Below are positions 16,297 to 23,703 of a stretch of 24,000 nt of DNA, piece by piece (position 1 is the first letter of the stretch; each line of letters begins with the position of its first letter). The stretch lies in assembly GCF_036251875.1 (NCBI RefSeq), contig NZ_CP133960.1; one strand, written 5' to 3'. Below the pieces are notes generated by a model. The model was not told the origin of the DNA, made no database searches, and saw only the letters and a list, made by a program, of their open reading frames with translations. The translations under genes were made by a program, and so were the position numbers. The stretch is from Orbus sturtevantii (GTDB lineage: Bacteria > Pseudomonadota > Gammaproteobacteria > Enterobacterales > Orbaceae).

Positions 16297-17073
16297 TTAC
16301 TTATTAAAACCAATTAACTCAGAAATTTTAGCCGCGGTTTTATTAAGCTCATCTATTAGTTTTTGTTCATCTTCAGCGGTATTACATCTAAAAATCGAAG
16401 TAGATAAGCTAAGTGCAGCGATGATATTACCTAAACGATTATAAATAGGCACAGAAAAGCATCTTAAACCAAGTTCTGATTCTTCATCATCTTTACCATA
16501 ACCACATTGTTTAACCTTATCAAGCTCGGCTAAAAAAGCCTCTTTGCTCATAATAGTTTTGGGTGTAAATTGAATAAAATTCAGATGATCAATGATTTCA
16601 TTTTTACTCTCATCATCTAACCAAGCTAATAGTATTTTGCCAAGACCACTCGCGTAAACATTTGCTTGGTTGCCAATTTTTGATGTTAAACAAAGGCTAT
16701 ATTGCTCTGACGCAACTTTGTTTATATAAATGATCTGCTCACCTTCACGAACTGCTAAATGGATTGTTTCTTTGGTTTTGTCTCTTAATTTTCTCATTTC
16801 ACTATCAGCGATAGCTAAAAAATTTTGATGATCAAGTACTCGATTACCTAAATCAAGCAATTTCAAGTTGAGTGAATATTTATCAGAATCATTTTCTTGA
16901 TTAACATAACCTAGAGATTTCATGGTTTGTAGAAAACGGTAAGCGGTGCTTTTCGGCATCATTACTTTGTTTGATAATTCCGATATAGCAATCTCTTTTG
17001 ATTCTGCTAATACTTCTAAAATTCCAAAAACTTTTAAAACTGAAGCAACGGATTCCGGTGAACTATCATTCAT
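16297..17073 (-). CDS. kdgR: IclR-family pectin-catabolism repressor KdgR
   Basis: SVASVLKVFGILEVLAESKEIAISELSNKVMMPKSTAYRFLQTMKSLGYV and EESELGLRCFSVPIYNRLGNIIAALS are collinear with E. coli and Dickeya KdgR. The neighbouring genes are pectin-catabolism genes. Confidence 0.88.
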   Translation of the reverse strand: MNDSSPESVASVLKVFGILEVLAESKEIAISELSNKVMMPKSTAYRFLQTMKSLGYVNQENDSDKYSLNLKLLDLGNRVLDHQNFLAIADSEMRKLRDKTKETIHLAVREGEQIIYINKVASEQYSLCLTSKIGNQANVYASGLGKILLAWLDDESKNEIIDHLNFIQFTPKTIMSKEAFLAELDKVKQCGYGKDDEESELGLRCFSVPIYNRLGNIIAALSLSTSIFRCNTAEDEQKLIDELNKTAAKISELIGFNK

Positions 17074-17164
17074 GACAAAGACTTTCCTCTCACTAAAATA
17101 AAAGCTAGTAACGTTCTAAATATTAATTAACCAAGCTTATATCTGAACGGCATAAAATGTGCAA

Positions 17165-17173
17165 ATTATACCA
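17165..17173 (-). promoter_or_regulatory. Extended -10 element (TGgTATAAT on the minus strand) upstream of kdgR
   Basis: The reverse complement of 17165-17173 reads TGGTATAAT, about 90 nt upstream of the kdgR ATG in the kdgF-kdgR spacer. Confidence 0.4.
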
Positions 17174-17186
17174 TAAGTAATAATTA

Positions 17187-17516
17187 CTAGCTATTTTTTA
17201 AGAAATCGAGTCGCTGTGGCGTAAATGTATCCAATAAGATCCCCGCCTCTTTACAAACGCAACCATGCATAATATTCGGCTGTTTATACAACGTATCTCC
17301 CGCACTCACGAGATGAGTTTCTCCTCCGATGGTAAACTCAAATATCCCCGATAAAACATAAGTTAATTGTTCATGAGGATGACTATGCATTGCACCGATT
17401 GCATCTTTAGCAAAATGGACTTCTACCGCCATCATCTGACCATTATGGGCAAGAATTTTGCGTTTAACGCCATTACCTAAATCGTCTAATTTCACATCTG
17501 AATTAAAAATGAACAT
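17187..17516 (-). CDS. kdgF: Small cupin KdgF (unsaturated-uronate linearising enzyme family)
   Basis: 109-aa single cupin with metal motif AMHSHPHEQLTYVLSG and a second motif GDTLYKQPNIMHG. Size and context (between kduD-like and kdgR, next to ogl) fit KdgF. Confidence 0.7.
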   Translation of the reverse strand: MFIFNSDVKLDDLGNGVKRKILAHNGQMMAVEVHFAKDAIGAMHSHPHEQLTYVLSGIFEFTIGGETHLVSAGDTLYKQPNIMHGCVCKEAGILLDTFTPQRLDFLKNS

Positions 17517-17607
17517 AATGAAATTTCCTATATGTAAAAAAAGATAAGAAAAAATAAAGCACTTAATCTCTTATCTATTAAATAAACGATACGTTTAATA
17601 TGACAAA

Positions 17608-18408
17608 TTAAGGTTGTTTACCTATATAAGCAAGAATACCTCCGTCAACATAAAGTATATGCCCGTTAACAAAATTAGAGGCTTCTGATGCTAGAAAGAC
17701 TGCCGCACCGGCTAAATCATCAGTAGTGCCCCAACGACCAGCAGGTGTTTTTGCGATAATAAACTGGTCGAATGGATGGCGAGAACCATCTGCTTGCTTT
17801 TCACGTAATGGGGCTGTTTGTGGCGTTGCAATATAACCCGGACCAATTCCATTACATTGGATATTAGCATGGCCAAATTCAGAGCAGATATTTTTAGTTA
17901 ACATTTTTAATCCCCCTTTTGCCGAAGCATAACCTACAACAGTTTCACGACCAAGTTCGCTCATCATTGAGCAGATATTAATAATTTTTCCGCTCCCTTT
18001 TTTGATCATTGAAGGTAATACGGCTTTTGCCATAATAAATTGACCTGTTAAATCGATATCAATGATTTTTCTATAATCTTCGGCTGTCGTTTCTAACATG
18101 GGTTTACGTTGAATAATTCCAGCATTATTGACAAGAATATCAATAACACCATGTTCTTTTTCTATCTGTTTAATTGTTTTTTCTACTGCTACATCATCGG
18201 TGATATCAAATAAGTAACCATGGGCATTAATTCCAGCCGCTTTATAAGCATCCAAACCTTTTTGTAAATTTTCAGCTACGACATCATTAAAAACTATTTT
18301 TGCCCCAGCAGAATGAAGTGATTTTGCGATTTCGAACCCAATTCCATAAGATGCGCCTGTTACTAGTGCAATTTTGTTATTAAGTGAAAATTTATTTAAA
18401 ATTGACAT
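17608..18408 (-). CDS. SDR-family 2-dehydro-3-deoxy-D-gluconate 5-dehydrogenase, IdnO/DhuD-like rather than classical KduD
   Basis: TGASYGIG Rossmann motif, NNAG, and catalytic S...YASAKGGLKMLTK. The residues around INICSMMSELGRETVVGYASAKGG and TPAGRWG resemble gluconate-5-dehydrogenase-type SDRs more than E. coli KduD. Confidence 0.75.
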   Translation of the reverse strand: MSILNKFSLNNKIALVTGASYGIGFEIAKSLHSAGAKIVFNDVVAENLQKGLDAYKAAGINAHGYLFDITDDVAVEKTIKQIEKEHGVIDILVNNAGIIQRKPMLETTAEDYRKIIDIDLTGQFIMAKAVLPSMIKKGSGKIINICSMMSELGRETVVGYASAKGGLKMLTKNICSEFGHANIQCNGIGPGYIATPQTAPLREKQADGSRHPFDQFIIAKTPAGRWGTTDDLAGAAVFLASEASNFVNGHILYVDGGILAYIGKQP

Positions 18409-18472
18409 ATTAGTATTCTCCGTTAAATTTTTAATAGATAAAATCTATCTATTATTTATAGAAATAATTTTC

Positions 18473-19645
18473 TTACATTTCATTTAAAATAGCTGTAGGT
18501 ACTTTTGTTAAGTAGAGAGCAGGCACATCCTTTGCATCACAAGAATATAGTACATATTCATTATTAGGCGAAAATGAAGGATGAGGATGAGTTACTTGAC
18601 GATCGCCATCTAATACTCGCCAAGAGCTATTATGTTTAACCAGTTTATGTACTCTTTTATTTTTTGGCGTCAAAATATATAACCAAGGATCATTTTCAAT
18701 TTTATACCCCCCCGTATCCTTTACATCAACAGGGCTACCAGAACCATCACCAATATAAAGAGAACCATCAAAATTACTCATTAAATGAGAACAAGCAGGC
18801 ATTTCCATAATAAGAGAATCTTGTTTAGTATCTGGATTATAAATTCGAATATACCTTTCTTGTTGTCCTTTCATATAAGAAACATAAGCAAGCCCAGAAC
18901 CGTTTGGTAACCAAAATTCATGGGTACAACTTTCACCTGGCTGATGTTCATGCGCTTTTCTTTCATTTGTTCCATCGCTATTAACTAGCCACATTCGCGC
19001 ATCGACTAAATCGTGGGGACCTTCATGACAAAAAGCAATTGTCTCGTCATGAAATGGTCTAAAAATTGGATGACCTAGCCACACATTTTGGTCAATAACT
19101 GTTTTCGCTTTTCCGCTATGAATATTTATATTAATCAATCTGCAACGCGGATTTTTATCATAAAATGATTTAAACAATTCCCAATCAGTTAAAGGCGTCC
19201 AATCTTTTTTGGCAATCTCGATTCCCACAATTTGTGTACAATCAGAGTTCGCAACCCATGTGCCATAACCAACCCAATCATCAGGAACCGAATAGATGTT
19301 TTTCTCTTCTAACGTTTCAAGTTCGACTCGCTGTAAATTTCGTTCATTTTTTACATAGTATAAAAATTTATCATCTGGCGAGAGAAAGCCACCAAAGGTA
19401 TTATCTCCAGTCCCTTCAGTAAGTTGCGTCGCTGTTTGATCTTTTAGATCGAGTAAATAATAGTTACGTTTTTTATCGAACTCGCCAGCAAAAAGGATTT
19501 TCTGCCCGTCATTAGTAAAACACTTTTGGTAAAAATAGTTACGGTGGCAAAGTACTCCTTCAGGAGTTAATCGAATAATTTCATTTTTAGAATCTTCATC
19601 AATAAACGATGAAAATGTTAATCTTACGATATTTCCCTTAGCCAT
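18473..19645 (-). CDS. ogl: Oligogalacturonate lyase (PL22)
   Basis: 390 aa. CHRNYFYQKCFTNDGQKILFAGEFD, TEGTGDNTFGGFLSP, VPDDWVGYGTWVANSDCT, CHEGPHDLVDARMW and DRQVTHPHPSFSP are nearly collinear with Dickeya Ogl (388 aa). Confidence 0.93.
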   Translation of the reverse strand: MAKGNIVRLTFSSFIDEDSKNEIIRLTPEGVLCHRNYFYQKCFTNDGQKILFAGEFDKKRNYYLLDLKDQTATQLTEGTGDNTFGGFLSPDDKFLYYVKNERNLQRVELETLEEKNIYSVPDDWVGYGTWVANSDCTQIVGIEIAKKDWTPLTDWELFKSFYDKNPRCRLININIHSGKAKTVIDQNVWLGHPIFRPFHDETIAFCHEGPHDLVDARMWLVNSDGTNERKAHEHQPGESCTHEFWLPNGSGLAYVSYMKGQQERYIRIYNPDTKQDSLIMEMPACSHLMSNFDGSLYIGDGSGSPVDVKDTGGYKIENDPWLYILTPKNKRVHKLVKHNSSWRVLDGDRQVTHPHPSFSPNNEYVLYSCDAKDVPALYLTKVPTAILNEM

Positions 19646-19729
19646 AAAGACTCCTAACAGTAAATAATAAATGAAATAAGTTACTTATATTTGATTAGTA
19701 GCATAATAATATAAAACCGATTATTGTTT

Positions 19730-19745
19730 TGTGATTAATATCACA
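19730..19745. promoter_or_regulatory. Consensus CRP-binding site TGTGA-N6-TCACA
   Basis: TGTGATTAATATCACA has both half-sites perfect. With -10 TATTAT (minus strand, 19703-19708) the site centre falls near -41.5 of an inferred ogl start around 19696, which is class II geometry. Confidence 0.65.
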
Positions 19746-19758
19746 TATCAATTAATTT

Positions 19759-19777
19759 ATCGAAACGTCGTTTTATT
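19759..19777. promoter_or_regulatory. Candidate KdgR operator
   Basis: ATCGAAACGTCGTTTTATT has a perfectly palindromic core AAACG-T-CGTTT. It matches about 17 of 19 positions of the gammaproteobacterial KdgR-box consensus as I remember it (AATRAAAYRNYGTTTYATT). It lies in the ogl/isomerase divergent region. Confidence 0.5.
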
Positions 19778-19790
19778 TTATTCAAATCAA

Positions 19791-19818
19791 TTGAAATAAT
19801 TTTTATCAAGTTTATAAT
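19791..19818 (+). promoter_or_regulatory. Sigma-70 promoter for the RpiB-like isomerase gene
   Basis: -35 TTGAAA (19791-19796), 16-bp spacer, -10 TATAAT (19813-19818), about 80 bp upstream of the ATG at 19897. Confidence 0.5.
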
Positions 19819-19896
19819 AAATATATTGAATTTATTTATAGTACTTATTATTAGCGTAGATTATTACTTATTTATAATAAATTTAGAGGATAAATT

Positions 19897-20532
19897 ATGA
19901 AAATTGCTTTAATGAACGAATTTAGCCAAGCAGCTAAAAATCCTATTATTTTGAATGAATTAAAAAATGCTACTGAAAAACATGGTCATACCGTTTTTAA
20001 TGTGGGCATGAATAGTGACAACGATAACAAATTAACTTATGTTCATTTAGGGATTATTGGCGCGATTCTTTTAAATAGTAAAGCTGTTGATTTTGTTATC
20101 GCTGGCTGCGGAACGGGACAAGGTGCACTAATGGCATTAAATGCGTTTCCTGGCGTTAACTGTGGTTACTGTTTAGATCCAACTGACGCATACCTTTTCG
20201 CTCAAGTGAATAATGGTAATGCTTTATCATTAGCATTTGCTAAAGGTTTTGGTTGGGGTGCAGAACTTAATGCGCGCTATATGTTTGAAAAAGCATTTGA
20301 AGGAGAAAAAGGCTTGGGGTACCCACCTGAGCGCCGCGAATCACAAAATGCCAATGGCATTATTTTAAATAACATGAAAAATGCAGCGGCAAAACCACTG
20401 ATTGAATCATTAAAATCCATTGATCAAACATTACTTAAAGATGCAATTAAAGGCGAACGTTTTCAAGCCTGTTTCCTTAAAAACAGTAAAGATGCTGAAC
20501 TAACTAATTATATAAAAAGCTTATTGAATTAA
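19897..20532 (+). CDS. RpiB/LacAB-family isomerase, DhuI-type candidate 4-deoxy-L-threo-5-hexosulose-uronate ketol-isomerase
   Basis: 211 aa. VDFVIAGCGTGQGALMALNAFPGVNCGYC...NNGNALSLAF aligns with the RpiB core [27 protein letters not shown]...DTNVLAFG. It is about 60 aa longer than RpiB, as in streptococcal DhuI. It is divergent from ogl behind the CRP and KdgR sites. Confidence 0.65.
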   Translation: MKIALMNEFSQAAKNPIILNELKNATEKHGHTVFNVGMNSDNDNKLTYVHLGIIGAILLNSKAVDFVIAGCGTGQGALMALNAFPGVNCGYCLDPTDAYLFAQVNNGNALSLAFAKGFGWGAELNARYMFEKAFEGEKGLGYPPERRESQNANGIILNNMKNAAAKPLIESLKSIDQTLLKDAIKGERFQACFLKNSKDAELTNYIKSLLN

Positions 20533-20554
20533 GTTATTCTTATAATCTCTTTTG

Positions 20555-20588
20555 AAGATCGCTTGTTTTAAGTGATCTTTAAATTTTT
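20555..20588 (+). terminator. Rho-independent terminator of the isomerase gene
   Basis: AAGATCGCTT-GTTTT-AAGTGATCTT, a 10-bp stem with one G:U pair, followed by TAAATTTTT. It begins 23 nt after the stop codon. Confidence 0.55.
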
Positions 20589-20728
20589 AACATGTTTACT
20601 AAAATCGAGTTTACATTGCTATTTTTATACATAAGTAAACCTATTTGTTAACTTTCACGCTGTTAACTAGCCTTTTCAATCAAAATACCAATCTACATAT
20701 ATTCAACTAACTAAACTCATCCGCCACT

Positions 20729-20784
20729 CAATTTAGATCTAGCAATTTAGTTCTAACAATTTAGATCTAAAAATTTAAAGTTAG
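20729..20784. repeat. 14-bp tandem repeat x4 (CAATTTAGATCTAG-like)
   Basis: The units are CAATTTAGATCTAG, CAATTTAGTTCTAA, CAATTTAGATCTAA and a degenerate AAATTTAAAGTTAG (10/14), arranged head to tail. Two units carry AGATCT, which includes a GATC Dam site. Confidence 0.8.
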
Positions 20785-20811
20785 CTATTTATAATTTGCA
20801 TATAAATAGCT
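20783..20811. repeat. 11-bp perfect inverted repeat (AGCTATTTATA-N7-TATAAATAGCT) abutting the tandem repeat
   Basis: The arms are at 20783-20793 and 20801-20811 and are exact reverse complements. The loop is ATTTGCA. Confidence 0.8.
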
Positions 20812-20862
20812 TGAAATTAATGATGCTAAAAATTATTAAATATCACTAAAATAACCTAGTCA

Positions 20863-20896
20863 TTGGTAAGTTTTTCATTACCAAAACCTAGGTTTT
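20863..20896 (-). terminator. Hairpin plus 14-bp palindrome downstream of the PL9 lyase gene (terminator candidate)
   Basis: TTGGTAA-GTTTTTCA-TTACCAA (7-bp stem) overlaps the perfect palindrome AAAACCTAGGTTTT (20883-20896). This begins 17 nt past the lyase stop on the minus strand. Confidence 0.4.
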
Positions 20897-20912
20897 ACGT
20901 GCTAAATATGCT

Positions 20913-23150
20913 TCAATTAATGGCTATGTCGCCAATTAATGTTTTTAATTCGCTTGGTATGATTATATTGCCATCATCATCACGAGTAAAAATAAATTTA
21001 ACATCATGTTTCCATAACTCTTTAGTGGTAAAAACTTCATATTTATTGATATTTACTTGCGGACCAAATGAATCTTTAGGTGTGTTTTGCCAACTATTTT
21101 TAATTGAATAGTTATGGTTAAATGATACGACTGGCTGTAAAAATAGATAAGGGTTTGCCCTTAAAATATAATTATATCGAGCACTATTGATCGCAATATT
21201 ATTATCAATTGTATAAGAGCCAGTATTAAAATTATCGCTAAAACCATCCATATTGTTATTTAATGCAATGGAGTTGATAATTTTATGATCAACGGGTTGA
21301 CCTTCTGCCCCTAACTTAAATCCATTTCCAATGCTACCTTTGGCGATATTGGGTTTAGAAAAAGGCAAACCATTAGAGTATGCTACGCAGCCATCAATTA
21401 ACACCGGCTCATTAGCACCATCTTCAATTTTATTATATAAATCAAAACCATCATCAGTATTGTTATAGGATATGCACCCTTTAAAAGCATTCCCCTTTCC
21501 AACACCTAATTTAGCGGCAAAACCGTCAGCATTTTTACCCGATTTGTCCATGTTATTATAGGAATCAGTATTAATCACTTGATTGTATGAAGGCCAGAAT
21601 AAGCGATTTTTATTTTTTGCTGAAATAGCAAGCCCAGTATCACTATTGTTTCTGGTTATCACTTGGTTGATTAAATTATAACTACCAGCGATCCTTAAAT
21701 AGGCAGGTTTATTATCTTTACCATCAATATTGCCATCAAATATTACGTTGCTTATTGACCAGTAATTGCTATCCAAATTAAAAGTGGTATTAATAAAAAT
21801 AGCGTGGTGTGGATTTATAGCTTCAATTTTTTTCAATTGATTTGGCAAGCCACTCAGTGAAGTTGGAATAGTTACACCATCGTAGTGTCCATCCATTAAA
21901 CGGATGATGCCATTTGGCTGAATTGTCTTTATTGCCGTAATCAAATCAACCGGAGAACTAATCGTTCCTTTGTTTGTTTTGTTACCTATCGGTGATGCAG
22001 TAATATCAAGTAAATTATCAACAGTTGGTTTTAATAAGGTGATCGTAAATACTTGCTGATTCGTTTTTACGCTGTCGGTAAAGTTTATCGTAAACTTATT
22101 TTCACCTTGATTTAATTGGATCGGTATTTGGATCAGATCCCCTGCTGAAACCGCAAGGTTTTGATCTACCTCTTTAATAGAAACACGCCCCGACACATTA
22201 GGAAAAAGCTGTAATATATACTCTTTTTTATAAGCTTCTACAGGTGAAGATAATGTTAACGTAGGTTTAATATCGACCATAACTTTAGGTTTTATCGGTA
22301 ACTTTTTATAATCGACTAATGCGTTGTTTACGGTTAGGTTTGAATTTTTAAACCGCGCTTTAGCGTTGCGCGAAGCAAAGAAACCAACATAAATATATTC
22401 ACCATCTTGCTTATCCATAAAACCAGAATAATCATTTGTAGACCATTGTTTAACTTCGCCAGATGCATTGTCTTTCATGGTTAAAATAAATTGTTGAGGC
22501 GTTCTTGTTATGGTCAAATGTATATCTTTTATTTTCTGATAATTAATATTCTCAGCATAATGGGTCTTATTTATTGAAATTCCCTCATTGCCCCAGGCTT
22601 TTTCAACCCCTTCACGAATCAAAGCCGTCATTTTAACTAAATTATCATTTTTTTGATTTTGAGTGATGAAGGCATTCATAATCACATTTGAAGCATTAGG
22701 AAATTCTTCATATCCTTGAGGCTGGGGATCACGTCTTGCAACGCCAATAACATCTCGAACAAACAAACCTGTCGCTTCTTGCGCAGCAGGCGTTTTACCA
22801 TCAACTTCGGGACCAATTTGCTCTAAAGTTACATCACTTTCTAATACAAAAGTTTGGTTAATGGGTAATTGGGTATAAAAAACAGTCATGCCATCGTGTG
22901 AATTTGCAATTTTACCGCCGCGACTCTCGATGATAAAATCGGCAGGTAATGAATAAGACTTATCTGGTGATAAATGACCATTATCGCCGGTGACCCATAC
23001 ATTATTTAAACCGACTTTTTCTGGTTTAATTAAAGAGGCAAAATTTAAATCTGTTGATTGACCAAAAGCAATGGCTTTCCATTCTTGAGCAAAGCCTGTA
23101 CTTATATTAAAAATAGCTAAGCATATAAAGGATATTAATAATTTTTTCAT
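20913..23150 (-). CDS. Secreted PL9-family pectate lyase, PelX-like (large N-terminal extension plus right-handed beta-helix)
   Basis: Signal peptide MKKLLISFICLAIFNISTGFA/QE. The C-terminal half has PL9-type repeats with GKNADGFAAKLGVGKGNAFKGCISYNNTDDGFDLYN, GNGFKLG and NNMDGFSDN. The 745-aa length and architecture resemble the Dickeya exo-pectate lyase PelX. Confidence 0.8.
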   Translation of the reverse strand: MKKLLISFICLAIFNISTGFAQEWKAIAFGQSTDLNFASLIKPEKVGLNNVWVTGDNGHLSPDKSYSLPADFIIESRGGKIANSHDGMTVFYTQLPINQTFVLESDVTLEQIGPEVDGKTPAAQEATGLFVRDVIGVARRDPQPQGYEEFPNASNVIMNAFITQNQKNDNLVKMTALIREGVEKAWGNEGISINKTHYAENINYQKIKDIHLTITRTPQQFILTMKDNASGEVKQWSTNDYSGFMDKQDGEYIYVGFFASRNAKARFKNSNLTVNNALVDYKKLPIKPKVMVDIKPTLTLSSPVEAYKKEYILQLFPNVSGRVSIKEVDQNLAVSAGDLIQIPIQLNQGENKFTINFTDSVKTNQQVFTITLLKPTVDNLLDITASPIGNKTNKGTISSPVDLITAIKTIQPNGIIRLMDGHYDGVTIPTSLSGLPNQLKKIEAINPHHAIFINTTFNLDSNYWSISNVIFDGNIDGKDNKPAYLRIAGSYNLINQVITRNNSDTGLAISAKNKNRLFWPSYNQVINTDSYNNMDKSGKNADGFAAKLGVGKGNAFKGCISYNNTDDGFDLYNKIEDGANEPVLIDGCVAYSNGLPFSKPNIAKGSIGNGFKLGAEGQPVDHKIINSIALNNNMDGFSDNFNTGSYTIDNNIAINSARYNYILRANPYLFLQPVVSFNHNYSIKNSWQNTPKDSFGPQVNINKYEVFTTKELWKHDVKFIFTRDDDGNIIIPSELKTLIGDIAIN

Positions 23151-23167
23151 TTCTGTTCCTAATATAT

Positions 23168-23659
23168 TTATAATATAACTTTTTGAGTTGGTAATAGACT
23201 TGTGCTATTAAAATCGACGTCATTAATAGCGCTCCAATTATTATAGTTAGTGCCAAAGGTATTTAATCTTATATATTTCGCTGTAATAGGATGAGAAAAG
23301 ACAAATTTTTCTGCTAATTTATTCTCAATTGCCGTTGTTTGGTATTTACCGGGTATATCTACCCATTGATTACCATCAAGTGAATAAGAGATAGAAAAGG
23401 ATAGTAATCGTTCTTTTGATTTAAAGGAATTAATAGCAATATTATCAATTTTTTCCTCTTGCTTAAATTCAAACAAAACCCAGTTATTTTTACCTGATGC
23501 CGCCCATCTTGTTGATGTGTTGCCATCGATCAAATTAGCCGGGGTATGATTACTTTTTTGGTCATAGCTAGACGCGCTAACGGTTTTAACATCCACAGCG
23601 TAAGCACTAACTGATAATCCTAAAACACTAACAATAAAAATAGCACGATATAATTTCAT
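23168..23659 (-). CDS. Secreted stand-alone F5/8 type C (discoidin, CBM32-like) carbohydrate-binding protein
   Basis: Signal peptide ending in SAYA/VD. ANLIDGNTSTRWAASGKNNWVLFEF and KYIRLNTFGTNYNNWSAINDVDF are hallmark F5/8-type-C motifs. It lies 17 nt upstream of the PL9 gene. Confidence 0.8.
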   Translation of the reverse strand: MKLYRAIFIVSVLGLSVSAYAVDVKTVSASSYDQKSNHTPANLIDGNTSTRWAASGKNNWVLFEFKQEEKIDNIAINSFKSKERLLSFSISYSLDGNQWVDIPGKYQTTAIENKLAEKFVFSHPITAKYIRLNTFGTNYNNWSAINDVDFNSTSLLPTQKVIL

Positions 23660-23703
23660 ACATAATCCTTAAATTCTAAAATTCATTAATAAATCTTATA
23701 GAG

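Noticed and set aside
17583-17597. The perfect palindrome TAAACG-ATA-CGTTTA between the SDR gene and kdgF as a KdgR box.
   Set aside because: The AAAC...GTTT spacing is 5 nt rather than the 3 nt of the KdgR-type box seen at 19759-19777. It could equally be a weak AT-rich intercistronic hairpin, and there is not enough evidence either way.
18434-18448. The inverted repeat ATAGAT-AAA-ATCTAT between ogl and the SDR gene as a terminator or operator.
   Set aside because: It is a 6-bp all-A/T-biased stem with no U-run, and is indistinguishable from chance in this composition.
20592-20651. A 19-codon hydrophobic ORF (MFTKIEFTLLFLYISKPIC) as a possible small toxin or membrane peptide.
   Set aside because: It has no Shine-Dalgarno, sits in AT-rich DNA where such ORFs arise by chance, and has no supporting antitoxin or sRNA architecture.
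20729-20784. The tandem 14-bp repeats as a CRISPR array.
   Set aside because: The units are directly adjacent with no spacers, are far shorter than CRISPR repeats, and no cas genes are nearby.
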